Source: Salpingoeca rosetta
Taxonomy: Eukaryota; Protista; Choanoflagellata
Reading direction: 5' to 3'
Assembly: GCA_033442325.1 (NCBI GenBank)
Contig: JAWQFM010000022.1
Coordinates: 836,746-900,745 of the forward strand
DNA: 64,000 nt
Part shown: positions 23,796-41,978 of the stretch, piece by piece
How the letters are laid out: the number at the start of each line of letters is the position of its first letter
Numbering within the stretch: the first letter of the stretch is position 1
Notes under the pieces: generated by a model
The model's input: only the letters and a program-made list of their open reading frames with translations
Told to the model about the DNA's origin: nothing
Databases searched by the model: none
Translations under genes and position numbers: made by a program

Positions 23796-25248
23796 GGTTG
23801 CGTGTTTGCTTTGTATGTCTCATCGTGTGTCTGTGTGTGGCTCTTTTCCATCTCCTCGCCCTCTGCTCTGCTGTTGGTTTGAGTTTCGATGTTGATTCAC
23901 ACCGCTGCCATCGATGCACGTGCACTCTTTTCTCTGCGACCACAATTCCTCACCGCCACCACTTGTTCTGCGCATCCGCCTTGCAGCAAGAGAAGGGCTC
24001 GAGCGATGTCGTTGTGCAACCCTACAACACCATCCTCACGCTCAAGCGCCTCACACAGAATGCAGACTGCGTGGTGCGTTCATATGTACACGTGTTCATG
24101 GATTGCCGCACTGTTGTTGTCCAGGCGTACTGTCCTGTCACAAGTTCTTTTGTAGCCACATTGAACCTCGCCCATATCTTCCATTTACACACACACAACA
24201 CCACACATGCACACACACACACACACAACACAACGCAACGCAACACACACGTGCCGTGTGACAGGTTGTGCTGGACAACTTTGCGCTGAACCGGATTGCG
24301 TGCGAGCGGCTGCAGATGGATCAGCCAGATGTCACCGTCGTCAACCACCTGGTGCGGCTATGGAAGTGGTGGTGGTGATGATGGCGATGATGATGATTGT
24401 GGTGATGGTGGTTGAAGCAGGGTTTCGGACATAGTTGGAGTGCTCTCGATGCATGGGCAGTGGTTATGGTACACACACACACACACAACACACACACACA
24501 CACACACACTGACATGCGCTCCCTCCGCCCTCTCACTCCCACACCTGCCTGTGGCATGTGTGTGTGTGTATGTGTATGCAGGTGTCGTCGATCATGTCTG
24601 CGTCGACGAGTACGCTGCGGTACCCCGGATACATGAACAACGACCTGATTGGGCTGCTGTCGTGCCTCATCCCAACGCCGCGCCTGCACTTCCTCATGAC
24701 CGGGTACACGCCCATTGTCTTCAAGGACAAGATTGCCAACAGCGCAGTACGCAAGACGACGGTGCTTGACGTCATGCGCCGGCTGCTGCAGCCAAAGAAC
24801 ATGATGGTGTCGCTTGGTGGCGGCCGCTTCGACACGCACCGCTACATCTCCATGCTCAACATCATCCAGGGAGACGTCGACCCAACGCAGGCAAGATGGA
24901 TGGATGGTGGTAGTGCCGATGGCAACGTTGTCACAGTTGATCGGCTTTTGTTTCTGGCGTTTGATTCCCTTTTCCAAGCTGCGTTGACCGCTCTGTTCTT
25001 CTTATATCATCATCATCATCATTATCGCCACCACCACCATTGATCAACAGGTGCACAAGAGTCTGCAGCGGATTCGGGAGCGGCGCCTCGCGTCCTTCAT
25101 CGAGTGGGGACCAGCAAGCATTCAGGTGATGACAACGGTGGTTGTGGTGATGGTGGTGATGGTGGTAAAGTGGATGGTTCGTTCGTTTGTCCTTCTTCAA
25201 CGTGGCGGCCACAACACGACACACCTACTCATGTCAATCGTATGTGCA

Positions 25249-25309
<61 letters not shown>

Positions 25310-25680
25310 AGGTTGCGCTGTCGAAGCGGTCGCCGTATCTTGCGTCTGCACATCGCGTGAGCGGCTTGATGCTCGCCAACCACACCAGCATCCAGCACAT
25401 CTTCAAGCGCACCTGCGCAGACTACGACAAGCTCATGAAGCGGCAGGTGGGGTTGCTGTGTGCGTGTGTGTTGGGTGAGAATGTTGTGCTTCTCCACTTG
25501 TTGCCACAGGCAGAGAATGCCTTTGCTGTTCCTCTGTCCAGTTCTCACCAGCCCCTGTTCTGCACCATCACCATCATCACTGTCACTACCACTTTGATGC
25601 GATCCCCAGGCCTTCCTGGAGCAATTCCGCAAAGAAAACGTCACACAAAACCTCGACGAGTTTGAAGACTCCAGGTCAGA

Positions 25681-25778
<98 letters not shown>

Positions 25779-26188
25779 TCTGTCTCTGTCTCTTTCAAAG
25801 CCTGCCATTTCCTTCATTGCGTGCTCTCACTCAACCTCGCATGGTGTTCATGGTTGCCTGCAGGCAAAGCGCGGAGGATTTGATCCACGAGTATCGCGCT
25901 GCGGAGCGCCCAGACTACATTGAGGTAACTCTTTACTTGGCGTTGCTGTTGGTGGTGGTATTGCCAGTGCCCGCCAGTGTGAGAGAAGTGTTTGATTCGT
26001 GAATCAAGGGTTGTTTAATATGTCATTGCAACAATAGGGGGGCGGTCGCTGTGCCGGCACACACCGCATTATCACCACTTCATTCTTGCTCGCCAACACA
26101 TACACTCATGCACACGCATACGCTCACGCGTACCGCTCCCACCCTCTCCTTTTCTGTCTCGCACCAGCGCGTGTCCCAGGAATCATAG
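22168..26188 (+). CDS. TUBG1: Gamma-tubulin, multi-exon; last exon inferred
   Basis: [92 protein letters not shown]. Terminal exon RVSQES* (26168-26188) follows a strong pyrimidine tract. Confidence 0.96.
22217..22370 (+). repeat. (GTGA)n microsatellite, ~38 units, starting exactly at the gamma-tubulin intron 1 donor
   Basis: Directly visible: CAA A|GTGAGTGAGT... for 154 bp. Confidence 0.95.
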
Positions 26189-26381
26189 TCACACACGTGC
26201 AATTACACAGGAAACGCCAACCAACCAACCATCCATCCATCCAAACATCTCTTTGTGTAACAAGTGTTGCTGTCAATCCACTTCTGCTCATCCCCAAGAT
26301 GTTCGTTTGTTGAGTGTGGAGGAGAGGAGCGTTGATGAAGAGGAGAAGCGTGACGAGAGGATTGGAGGGCCGCTATCCTTT

Positions 26382-27743
26382 CTACACGAGCCGCGCTGCC
26401 AGGTCGTACACGTGGCCAGGCCCGCCCGAGGATGGATACCTGCAGTGGTGGAAGTGATAGTTGGGGGGGGGGGGGATGGCGTGTGTGTCAGTAAGGGAGT
26501 GAGTGAGTGAGAGTTGACTGCAGAGCAAGTGTGTGTCTTATTGAGTCTTTGAACACGTGTGTGTGTGGGGGGGGGCATGTGCTGTTGCTGCTAATGTTGT
26601 TGCCGTTGTTGATATGTTGTGCCTTCGCATGCATGCACGCACGCACGCCCTCCGTGCGTCTTCTGTTTGCTTTTCAACCCTTAAATGATACAGAAAGCAT
26701 GTGCACAGCCAAGAGCGAAACACACACACACACACACGCACATATATATCGACTCACTTGACAAATAGGAGGAGCTGGACGAGGCCGAGGAGTGCGCCGA
26801 CGGCATTGGGGCCCTGGTGGCAGTGCACATCGCCTCAGTCAGCACACACGCACGCACACATGCACGCACACTGCAGATAGGAAGTACGTGACACACATAC
26901 ACAGACAGACAGGCAGACAGACACACGTACACAGGCAGACAGGCAGACAGACAGACACACACGTACACAGGCAGACAGACAGACAGACACACACAAACCC
27001 CCCGACCTGGACGAAGATGTCGTTGATGACGTAGCCGTACAGGGCCCAGGTGACGCTGACGATGAAGTTCATGAGGCACAGGCTGAACACCATCGACTCT
27101 GTGGACTTGGTCCGCAACACCCGGCCCTGGCCGTGATGGCGGCGGTGGTGGCGGCGGTTGAAGGGAAGAGGTGAGGTGAGGTGAGGTGAGGTTGGCAGGG
27201 AAAGGCGCGAGCAAAGTCACACGGACACACGGACACACAGAGAGTATGAAATGAGCAACTGACCAGGGTTGCAAGCGGAGACCCGAACATGATGGTGGAC
27301 GTGATGCAGCCGCAGTACCCGATGGCATGCACGGCCTTCAGCATGGATGTGATGAAGGGACGGGGAACAAAGTGCACCACCAAGTGAGTATACGCACACA
27401 CAATGTACACACACTACATACGCACGCACGCACACACGCACACACACACACACACTACACACGCACGCACACACAATACACACAATACACGCAGAAGTTC
27501 GCCATCTCTCACATGCATGTATGTTGGCGCCAGGTACTTCACGTAGAGGAGGGGCCCGAACATGGCGCTTATAGTGATGAGCAGCGGGTAGTAGAACGCC
27601 CTCTGTGCACGGAGAACGGGAAAAATGGATACGGTATGAAGGAGTGCATCAGCAGGGGGGGGGGAACGATTTGTGGTGCACAATTGGACAACTCAACAGT
27701 TCAAAATGGCGGGGGCGGGGATACACAAGTTGCCAACACAGAC

Positions 27744-27774
<31 letters not shown>

Positions 27775-28504
27775 CACAGACAGACAGACACAGACACAGA
27801 CACACACACACACACACACAACCCGCCAGCCAGCCAGCCAGACAGACAGACGGACACACATACACACAAAGGCGTGAGGTGTCGATGCACTCACTTCGTC
27901 TTTGCTGTACGAGTAGCAGATGACAACGTAATAAAAGTTGAGCAAGAATCCTATGCCGTTAACGGAGATGAGCGTGTAGTCCTGGGTCAAGATGCCGTAC
28001 TTGAGCCACAAGCACGTGCTGCGGGTATTGCGATCGAAGGTGAGAATGTGCAAGCAGGCAGGTAAGCGAGCAACCTAGCAAGAGAAACCAAGCAAGCAAG
28101 AGAAACCAAGCAGGCAACCAAGACATGTTGTGGTGAAGAGAGCATCAGAGATCATCAGTTTCAGAGTCATGTGCATGCACCTGATCATGGCCGCAAGGTA
28201 TGGGGTGTACGACACATTTGCGGAGCTTCGCGCCTTCTTGATCCGCCGTGTCACAGGGCTGGCAACAGCGGGATGTCATCAAATGAAGGCAGAGGGGCGC
28301 GAGAAGTGCGGGATTCCGTCAGTCAACAAGCAGAGCCAAGATCAGCAACACAAGGAAAGAAGACACACAACAGATCCTGGCAAAGGAGTGAAAAAAGAGC
28401 ACATACAGGCGCGCACACATACTCACACACACACACGCAAACACACACGCACACAAAAGCATACGCAAACACACACTTACACACTCAAAAACACACACGC
28501 GCGA

Positions 28505-28538
<34 letters not shown>

Positions 28539-28614
28539 ACACGTACATGCCCGTTAGGAAGAGGCCTATCGTGGACACGATGGCTGTGTAGGAGAGCGCC
28601 GTCAAAACCTGCAT
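26382..28614 (-). CDS. SLC50A1: SWEET (MtN3/saliva) sugar transporter, multi-exon
   Basis: [82 protein letters not shown]. Confidence 0.9.
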
Positions 28615-28840
28615 CGTCGGCGTTGTATGCCGTTGCTCTTCACTTTCCCCCGTCTGGCTTCCTCGCGACCGACCACAGCACACCTCAGTCAGCACGTCAC
28701 TCACAGCAGTTCTGTCACTGCGATTGTTGGCGATTAGTGGATATCATTCATCTGTTTTCGGCAAAGACAGGCAAGTTGGCAGAGCAGCAGATCGCCGCAC
28801 TCCACCTCAGCACAGCACGCAGACGCAGTTGTCACTTCAC

Positions 28841-28966
<126 letters not shown>

Positions 28967-28995
28967 CCACCACCCCCGCGCAATTGCGGACCGCG

Positions 28996-31455
28996 ATGGC
29001 GACGCAGGAAGAGTTGCCTGGGATTGACTCGCGTGGCGTGTCGGCTGCGTTCTTGAAGCGGTTCTTGAACGGGCTAAAAGCACAGCAAGGCGCCAGCAAG
29101 TTTGCAGAGCTGACAACGCGGGATGCGCGCGACTTGGTTGTGTTGCCGCGAACCAAGGCGCGGCAGTGTGCGTACGTGGAACTCGTGGCTGACGAGTCTC
29201 CGAGCGACGTGGGGCCCGCCAACATCTTCGTCTCGCATGCTTGGCGATACAAGATTGCGGACGTGCTTGGTGCCCTCATCCAATACGCAGAGGATCGCCC
29301 CGATGAGCAGTTTTTCTTCTGGTTTGACCTCTTCTTCAACAACCAGAACATCCTGGCCAACCTCCCTCAGGAGTGGTATGTGTGTGTGTGTATGTTCTGT
29401 GCGTGTGGCCGTGGCTGTGTTGGTTGTGTGTTGGTATTTTTGCTGGGATTGTGTGCGTGTATGTATGTGCTTTTGCATGCGTGTGAATGCGTGTGAATGC
29501 GTGCTTCGCTTGATCAAACCCAGCGCAACAAGAACAACCTCACAACACACCACACCACACCACACCACACCACACCACAACACCACAGGTGGAGTACGAC
29601 GTTCAAGGATTCCATTGCGGCGATTGGGCACGTGGTGCTGGTGCTGACACCGTGGAGCGACCCGATCCCACTGACGAGAGCCTGGTGCCTGTGGGAGATT
29701 TTCTGCTCGCTGAGCCAGGAGGATGTGCAGCTGACCATCCTCCTGCCACACGAGGAGCGCAAGGCGCTGGTGGCCACCATCCTTGAGGACAGCGACGCCG
29801 TCACCGACACAATGGTGCGGGTGCAGGCAGAGAAGGCCGAGGCGTGGAGCGCCGCAGACAAGGAGATGATCTTCAAGGCAATTGAGGACAACGTCGGCTT
29901 CCAAACCCTCAACGAGAAGGTGAAGGACCAGATGCGCGCGTGGTGTCTGGATACGCTCGTGCAGCACATTGACGACGCATATGCGCAGCTGGAATCGCGC
30001 CCGTGGATTGGCGCAGCGACATCGACAGCAGCCGAGCCGCCAGTCATTCGGGGCCAGACAGCCAAGGAGGAGGCAGACACGTTTGCAGCGCTGTGCTTCC
30101 AAGCCGGCACGACACTGCAGAAATTCGGGCGCGCTGATGATGCAATTCGCCTGCTGACCATGGCCTTCAAACTGGAGACTGCGACGGGCCACCCCAACGC
30201 AGCAGGCTCGCTGCACCAGCTGGCAATGGTGTACGGCGACACGGGCGAGTACCAGACTGCGGTGAGCATGTACACGTGCTCGCTCAAGATGAAGGAGCAG
30301 CAGTTTGGCCCCGACTCTGAGCACCTGGCGTCCTCGCACAACAACCTGGGAGACCTGTACCGTCGGCTGGGCGACCACGACCAGGCCATCATGCACAACA
30401 CGCGCGCGGTGGAGATTATGAAGGCGGCGCGTGGGGAGCAGCACGAAAGCTTGGCCCAGCCCTTGTTCAACCTCGGCATCGTGCACCAGTTTGTTGGCAA
30501 CTACACGCTGGCGCGCAAGAACTTTGAGGAGACGGTGGGCGTCATGCTTGAGACGCGTGGCGAGCACCACCCCTTGACGGCCTTCTCCTACGACGGGCTC
30601 GGCTGCAGCCTGCGGCGACTGGGCGAATACGAGGCTTCGCGCACCGCGCACGAGAAGGCCATATCCGTGCTGCTGGTAACGCTTGGCAGGGAGCACAAGC
30701 GCACGGCGGAGGCGTACACGAACCTTGGCAACGTGTGCCAGGCCATGGGAGACAAGGAGGCGGCAATGCAGCACATGGCGACGGCGGTGGAGATTAGCAG
30801 CTCGGTGCTTGGCCGGGACAACACCACCACGGGCGTGTGCGTTGTGAACCTCGCGGGCGCGCACGAGGCGCTTGGCGAGGCAGACAAGGCGGCAGAGTTG
30901 TACCGTGAGGCGCTGGCTGTCTTTGAGAAGCACCTCGGCCCGCGCCACGAACACACGGCCTCCGTGCACCGCAACCTCGGCGACCTGTACGCGCAGGCGC
31001 GGGAGAACGACAAGGCGCTGCAGCACTACAACACGGCGCTCGACATTGCGCTGGGTTCGGTTGGGGAGGAACACCCAACCACGGCGCTGACGTTGTACAA
31101 CATGGGCTCGCTACATGACGTCATGGGCCAAAAGCGCCAGGCGGTTGGGATGATGGAGCGCGCGCTGGCGGGGATGATGGCATCCGCTGGGCCCAATCAT
31201 CCGCACACGCAGCACATCCAAGCAAAGCTGGCCGAGGCACGTGAGGGGTTGGAGCAGCAGCAGGAGCAGCAGCAGGAGAGCGAAGGTGAAGGTGAAGGTA
31301 GTGGTGATGGTGGAAGGGCATGTGGGGAGGGGGACAAGGGGGAGGAGAGCGTTGGTGACGATGGCGATAATGCTGATGCAAACGCTGATGATGATGATGA
31401 TGGGAGCGTCGAGGAGGTTGCGCGAGCACTCGGCCAATATGCCCTCATTCTTTGA
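28996..31455 (+). CDS. TIR/HET-like domain + ~9 kinesin-light-chain-type 42-aa TPRs (2 exons: 28996-29375, 29589-31455)
   Basis: N-terminal IFVSHAW, FFWFDLFFNNQ, VVLVLTPW, TRAWCLWEI; then repeats of type GxxHxxTAxxYxNLGxxYxxxGxxxxA; acidic tail. Confidence 0.85.
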
Positions 31456-31579
31456 GTGTGAGATGCATGCATGTGTGAGAGAGAGAGGGAGAGAGAGAGT
31501 GTGTGTGTGTGTGAGAGAGAGAGAGAGTGTGTGTGTGTGTGAGAGAGAGAAAGAGTGTGTGTGTGTGTGCGTGTGAGTA

Positions 31580-31619
<40 letters not shown>

Positions 31620-31993
31620 CGAGCGAGTGAGTGAGTGTGTGTGTGTGCGTGCGTGTGAACTTCTTCCTCCGATAGCAAAGTCGTGTGACTTGTGTCGCGA
31701 TTTTTGATGAGCTTTGTTTAGTGGAGGCGTCATATGCTTTTGTTGATCGAGTTGCACACAAACCAATCCAAAACCAAAAACAGAAAGAAGCACACGCCAA
31801 GGGGACTTCATACCCGGACACGCATGCATGTACATAAGCAAGGCTGTCGAGACATAGAACAAACAAACAAACAAACAAACATACACACAATGAACCGAAA
31901 ACAAAGGAAACGAAACACGTCCAACACGAGAGGGAAACGAGATTAACCACCAACAAGCACAAACGGCAAGCGGGAGCGAGTGTGTTGGGCGTG

Positions 31994-36172
<4,179 letters not shown>

Positions 36173-36968
36173 GATGTCAGGCAAAGTCTGTGTTGTTGTT
36201 GTTGTGGTGGTGGTGGTGGTGGGTTCAATGCGATCACACAAATGCGCTGCGTGTGGATATGCGTCTGCGGATGTTCGTGTGTTGTTGCTTGGGGAGTGGC
36301 GCTTTTCCGTGGTGGTGGCTGGCTTGTTGTTGTGTTGTTGTTGTTGTCAAGTGTTCCCAACTTGGAATATTATCAATATCTTGTACTAACATTCCACATC
36401 ATGACAATTTGCAAAACGCCGCCCTCTCGCAAAGCGCAACACATCGCTTGGTCCGAGAGCAGGTCGCTCACCGTCTGAGCTTCACTGGCAGCGGAATTGC
36501 GAGAATTGCTACATGACATGACAATGGGTTGGCGTGCTGCTTCCCCAGTAAACCCCCTCCCACCGTCTCTCTCACATGCCTTTCGTCTTCAACGGTGCTT
36601 GTGCTTCGTGTGGTGGTAGAGGTCGCGTTTATTGGGTGTGTGTATTTCACGTAATATAATGTCGTATCGTGTCGAGTGCGTGTGTGTGTGTGTGTGTGTG
36701 TGTGCATGCGCACAGCGTGTTGTAGAGCACGGGCGATATGCTTGCGTGAGTGGAGTGTTGGGGTTATCATGCCCACCATCTCGAGTGTAAAGTCAAGAAC
36801 AACGAGGGAAAGCAAGAGCGCTTATCTCTATCCTGTGTACAAAAAAAGGAAAACCGTCAAATACAGAAAAAGCAAAGAACCAAAGGTGCAGAAGGGCTGG
36901 GGAACAATCACTGAAGCTGAGCGCACACCTCCCCGTCATAACAAGTGTATTCTGGGTGGCGGTGTTGT

Positions 36969-37878
36969 TTATGTTTCCACGGGTGCAAGTGCCTCCAACT
37001 GGGTGAGGTAGCGTGACCACAGTCGGGGATGGTTGGTTCCATCCTGCATGTATCGATACCTTGACAACCTGAGAGAGAGAGAGAGAGAGAAAGTGTGTGT
37101 GTGTGCGTGTGTGCGTGTGAGTAAGAGCAAGTGTAAGTGTACATGCGTGCGTGCGTGGGTATATGCGTGTGTGTCTGTGTGTGTGCGTGCGTGGATATAT
37201 GCGTGTGTGTCTGTGTGTGTGCGTGTACACGGCCGAGCAGACAATGGACGCGGGACATGGTGAACAACCAGACAACCACAAACGCATATCACACGCATGC
37301 GCGTAACAGAGCGCACAACAGCACGAGCCCTGCGCTTACTTCTGCAGCTTCTGTGCATTTGTGCAGGCCTGGCAGGTGCGTGTGGGCGATTTGAGGCCGC
37401 ACACAATGCAGAGGGTGGAGCGCAGCTCGACGCGCTCCTGGTGCAGCTTGAGCAGCGTGGCCACCGTCGACGCAGGCTGGTGGCAGCGGAACAGGACGAC
37501 GGACAGCGATGGTGGGGAGGAGGATGATGAGCAATGGAAAGGGGGGGGGGAGGGGTTGGAAAGCAGAGTGAGGGAAGAACAGAAGTAAACGATTAACGTG
37601 TCTTGGGCAGTTCACAAACCAGGACAACGACGACGGACAGCCAATCAGGCAACACAGCGAGCAATGCTCACCTTGAGCTTCTTTGTGGTGATGAGCTGCG
37701 AAACGCGCTCCTTCTGCGCTGCAGCATCAAGATACCCCGGATCGCGGCTGCCGGCGTGCGTCTGTATTGGAGTGCATGTTCATGTCATGTATGGTGTGGG
37801 AAAGGGGAGGAGGGGGTTTGAGATGGCGCCGGGCAAGTACATAGCTCAACCAACAATGGCACAAATCTGCACAAGTGC

Positions 37879-37972
<94 letters not shown>

Positions 37973-38140
37973 ATGCGAATGGCGGCGACGGTGTGCCAGG
38001 TGCGGCGTGCAGCCTGCAGCTGGCCGAGCATCTCCTCAATCTGCGCCTGCACTGGCAGTGGGCCCCCGCCCTCCGCAAGCGCTCGGTTGTTCGGCCCAAG
38101 ACTCGATGTCAGCACAGCCGCAGACCTGCCAGTTGGTGTG

Positions 38141-38172
<32 letters not shown>

Positions 38173-39093
38173 TGTGTGTGTTGATGGAATAGGCAGAGGA
38201 TGAGGGATGCAAAGCGTAAAGGGGTACAAGCAACATCACACAAACGCACATGCACGTACATCACATGTCATGCGACAAACAGATGAATCGTTTGTCACAA
38301 ACGCAGTGGGTGTTGATAGACCTACACATACGCACACACACACACACACACATTCTCAGATACACACGAGATACGCACGGCATCATTCTCACCGTTCAAG
38401 GAGGTTGAGAGCACGCCTGAGTTTCTTCTGCGACCCCTCGAGTGCGTAGCAGCTGGCCAGGGTCGTCAGTGCAAACCCAACGCGCGGGTGCTTCCGTCCA
38501 AACACCTGTTTCATTGTTGTGATGAATGATACAAATTATGACATTGGCAGCAGACTCAGTGGTGGCGATGATGCAACGGGCGGGCCTCTGCGCGAAGGCC
38601 AGTGAACAAAGGCGTGTGCTCACATCGACAAGAACAGCATGACACGCTAGACTCTGTCTAGTGGTTGCAAGCATATCGAACCTTCGTGAACGTTGTGAGC
38701 GCCTGTTGGATGAGGGGTCCTGCTTCCCCCGCCTGCTTCTGCTGTAACAGATGCCGCCCTGTCGTGCACACGTCAGCGTGTGTGAGCGGGTGAGTATCGG
38801 TGCATTGTACTTGTCGCGAGCATGAGCACCAATGAGTGCAACAGTTTAACAATGGCAAGTCGTCGCGAGGAGAGTCACGTGTGCACAGGGTGTGTGTGTG
38901 TGTGTGCGCGTGCGTGTGCGTGCGTGCGTGTTGTCCTCACCGAGGCTGTACATGGTGGTGGCGTGGGTGAGGTCGCGCTCAATCTCCGACTGCTTGGTGG
39001 GATCACTGTATGGGGAGCACACGAGGGGTGAGATGGCGGTTAGCACGGGGACGTGGAGGCCATGGAGAGAGAAGAGAGAAGCAAAGTATCGCG

Positions 39094-39133
<40 letters not shown>

Positions 39134-40056
39134 AACAAACAAACAAACAAACAAACGCACACACAAACAAACAAACAAACAACACAAGCAAACACACACA
39201 CACAAACAAACAAAGCAAACAAAGCAAAAACAAACAAACAAACAAACAACACAAGCACACACACACACACACACACAAACAAACAAACAAACAAAGCAAA
39301 CAAGCATCGACTGACGCTGAGGAGGGGAGCGGCACGCGTTCGCAGTACTCGGCCTCGAGCCGTGACAGGCCAGAGCCTTGGGCGACTTGCGACACAAACC
39401 CAAGGGACGTCAGCACGTGTGATGCTTCCTGCTCGTGTGACAAAAGCAACAGCAAGACAGTGGCGTAAGGACATGCAGAACCGCGAGTGAGTCGCAGACG
39501 CACAGATGACACACACACACACACACAAAAAAAAAAAAACAACAAAAAAACAAAAAAAAAAAAAAACACACACACACACACACGATCATGCACACACAGT
39601 ACACAACCACAGACCCAGGCGTGTACCTTTGATGATTTGTCGACTTGTTTGAGGAGCACGGAGGCAGCTTGCTCCTGCACCTCCATCGCCTTCTTGTAGC
39701 GGCCTTTGATCGTCAGCGCCTGAAGGGATGGGAAAGAAGGGGGGGGGGGTTGATGAGGAAGTAGGCACCACCATCCCCACATGTCGACAAACACACGGGG
39801 CAAAAGGCAGCGCGAATACAGGCTGGCGAGCGAGCAAACAAACAAAAGGCTGGCGAACAAGTGCAAACCCGTCACACACCTCTGCCAGCTTGAGGAGGAA
39901 TTCCTTCCATCGCGCCGTTGTGCACATGATGCGCGCATTCGTCAGTTGATAGTGCTCATATCCCTACAGCGTTGTGATGAGATGTGATATGTGATGTGTG
40001 TGTGTATGTGTGTGTGTGTGTGTGAGCGGGTGTGTGTGTGCGGGTGTGTTGTGAGC

Positions 40057-40098
<42 letters not shown>

Positions 40099-40884
40099 GT
40101 GTGTTGTGAGCGGGTGTGTTGTGAGCGTTGTGGTGTGGTGTGTGTATGCATGCTTAGCGGAGTCCATGAATGACGTGCTCACCTGAAGACCATACGAGAC
40201 ACCGTCGTCCACCTTCCTCAGCGCCATCGAACACAGACTCAACTGCACGTAGTGTTGCACGCGGTACAATGTGGTTGCGCACATGAGTGGCGAGAGAATT
40301 ATGAGTGATGAGCAGAAAGCACCCCAACACATGCACACACACACACACACACAGGAACATGTATGATCACCCACGCAAGCAAATGACTCACGGAAACTCC
40401 CATGCAAGACACACACGCACAGACACACACACGCACGCACAGACACACACACACGCACAGACAGACACACACGCACAGACAGACAGACAGACACACACAC
40501 GCACACACAGACAACACGCACACACAGACACACACACGCACACACACACACACACACACACACCTCGACGAGGCAGTGCAGGATGGCGGCCTTGTCGGTG
40601 ATGATGGCGGACTTGCGAATCTGCAGCGAGCGCTCCAGCGTCTGTATGGCGTAGTGGTACTTCTCCAGCCGGATCTGAATGTCTGCAAGCGCCGTCAGCC
40701 CCAGCAGCACCTGCCCTTGCTTCCGCGTCAAATTCTCCGCCACCTTCACGGCACTAAGAACGAGTGCAGCAGCAGCAGCAGTTGTGGCAGGGGTGATGTT
40801 CGCAATGACGGTGAGAGAGGTTATGTGATGGTGGTTCAGGCAAAGGAGGCGATGATGGGCATGGCCCGACGAGATAAGTCTCTC

Positions 40885-40967
<83 letters not shown>

Positions 40968-41866
40968 ATAACACATTGAATGACCGCGAGAGGCCTGCAC
41001 GTACATCTTGTAGAGGGTCTCTGCCTTTGTGAGGTTGCCAGCGCGCACGGCCTCTGACGCTTGCCGACGCAAATTCCACACGTCCGTCTCTGTGGCCTTT
41101 CGCGCTGCCACGAGCAACATCGAACAAAGAAGGCAAGACAGGAGCAATCATGCGCGTCAGCACACGCACCATCAATCACCATCAACATCATCAGCACCAC
41201 TATCGACCCAACCAGCAGCTCAATACACACGCACACACACACACACACACACAGGCGAGACAGCAACGCCACGCTTGCATTCGTTTGAGCAAGCAAAACA
41301 CATGAGCAATGCCGCCATCCCCTCGGCCACGATTGCCTGCGAGCTGCCTCTCTCTCACCTCCAACGATGAGCTTGGTGATGGTCGCAAAGTCAAGCTGGT
41401 CAATGTACTCTGGCATGGCCAGGGCGCGCTCTGCCGCTCCCTTCTGCACCTGCGTGCGCACCATCCCCCACCGGCGCTGTGCCGGAGACGCGCGGGTGCC
41501 TGCCACGCTCTGCGCGCGGACCGGTGTGGCACGCCCGGATATGGGGCGCTGCTTCATGGTGCGCTCTAACGCGGAGCGACACCTGCTGCGCTTGAGCACA
41601 GGCAGCTTCTTACGGCACGCAGCCTTCTGCGCGCGGTGGCGGAAGAACAGCGCCTGAACAACCGGGATGAACTCCGCCAACGAGATGCCATCGCCGTCCT
41701 TGTCCGTGTTGTCGATGATCTGCGCAAGCTCGTCGGGCGGGAGGTTCAGCTTGAGTGAATCCGACTCAAGCACCGCCTTGAACTCGTCTGCATCCAAGGT
41801 GCCGTTGCCGTCTGCATCCGCTCGGCTGAACAGCACCTTGCACCTCTCCAAAAACTCTGTCGTCAT
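36969..41866 (-). CDS. EF-hand pair + TPR-repeat protein, multi-exon; may have further 5' exons
   Basis: EF hands [12 protein letters not shown] and [11 protein letters not shown]; TPR-like exons [61 protein letters not shown]. Last exon ends LAPVET*. Confidence 0.65.
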
Positions 41867-41890
41867 GGTTATGATCTGACGACCTGCTCA

Positions 41891-41932
<42 letters not shown>

Positions 41933-41945
41933 TGTGCGTGTGTGG

Positions 41946-41978
<33 letters not shown>

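Noticed and set aside
26440-26457. Palindromic CTGCAG acting as acceptor on both strands, giving gamma-tubulin a WWK* last exon overlapping SWEET
   Set aside because: No pyrimidine tract on the + strand. The acceptor at 26167 with a strong tract is more plausible.
29074-31074. 666-aa ORF on the - strand
   Set aside because: Antisense shadow of the TIR/HET-TPR gene.
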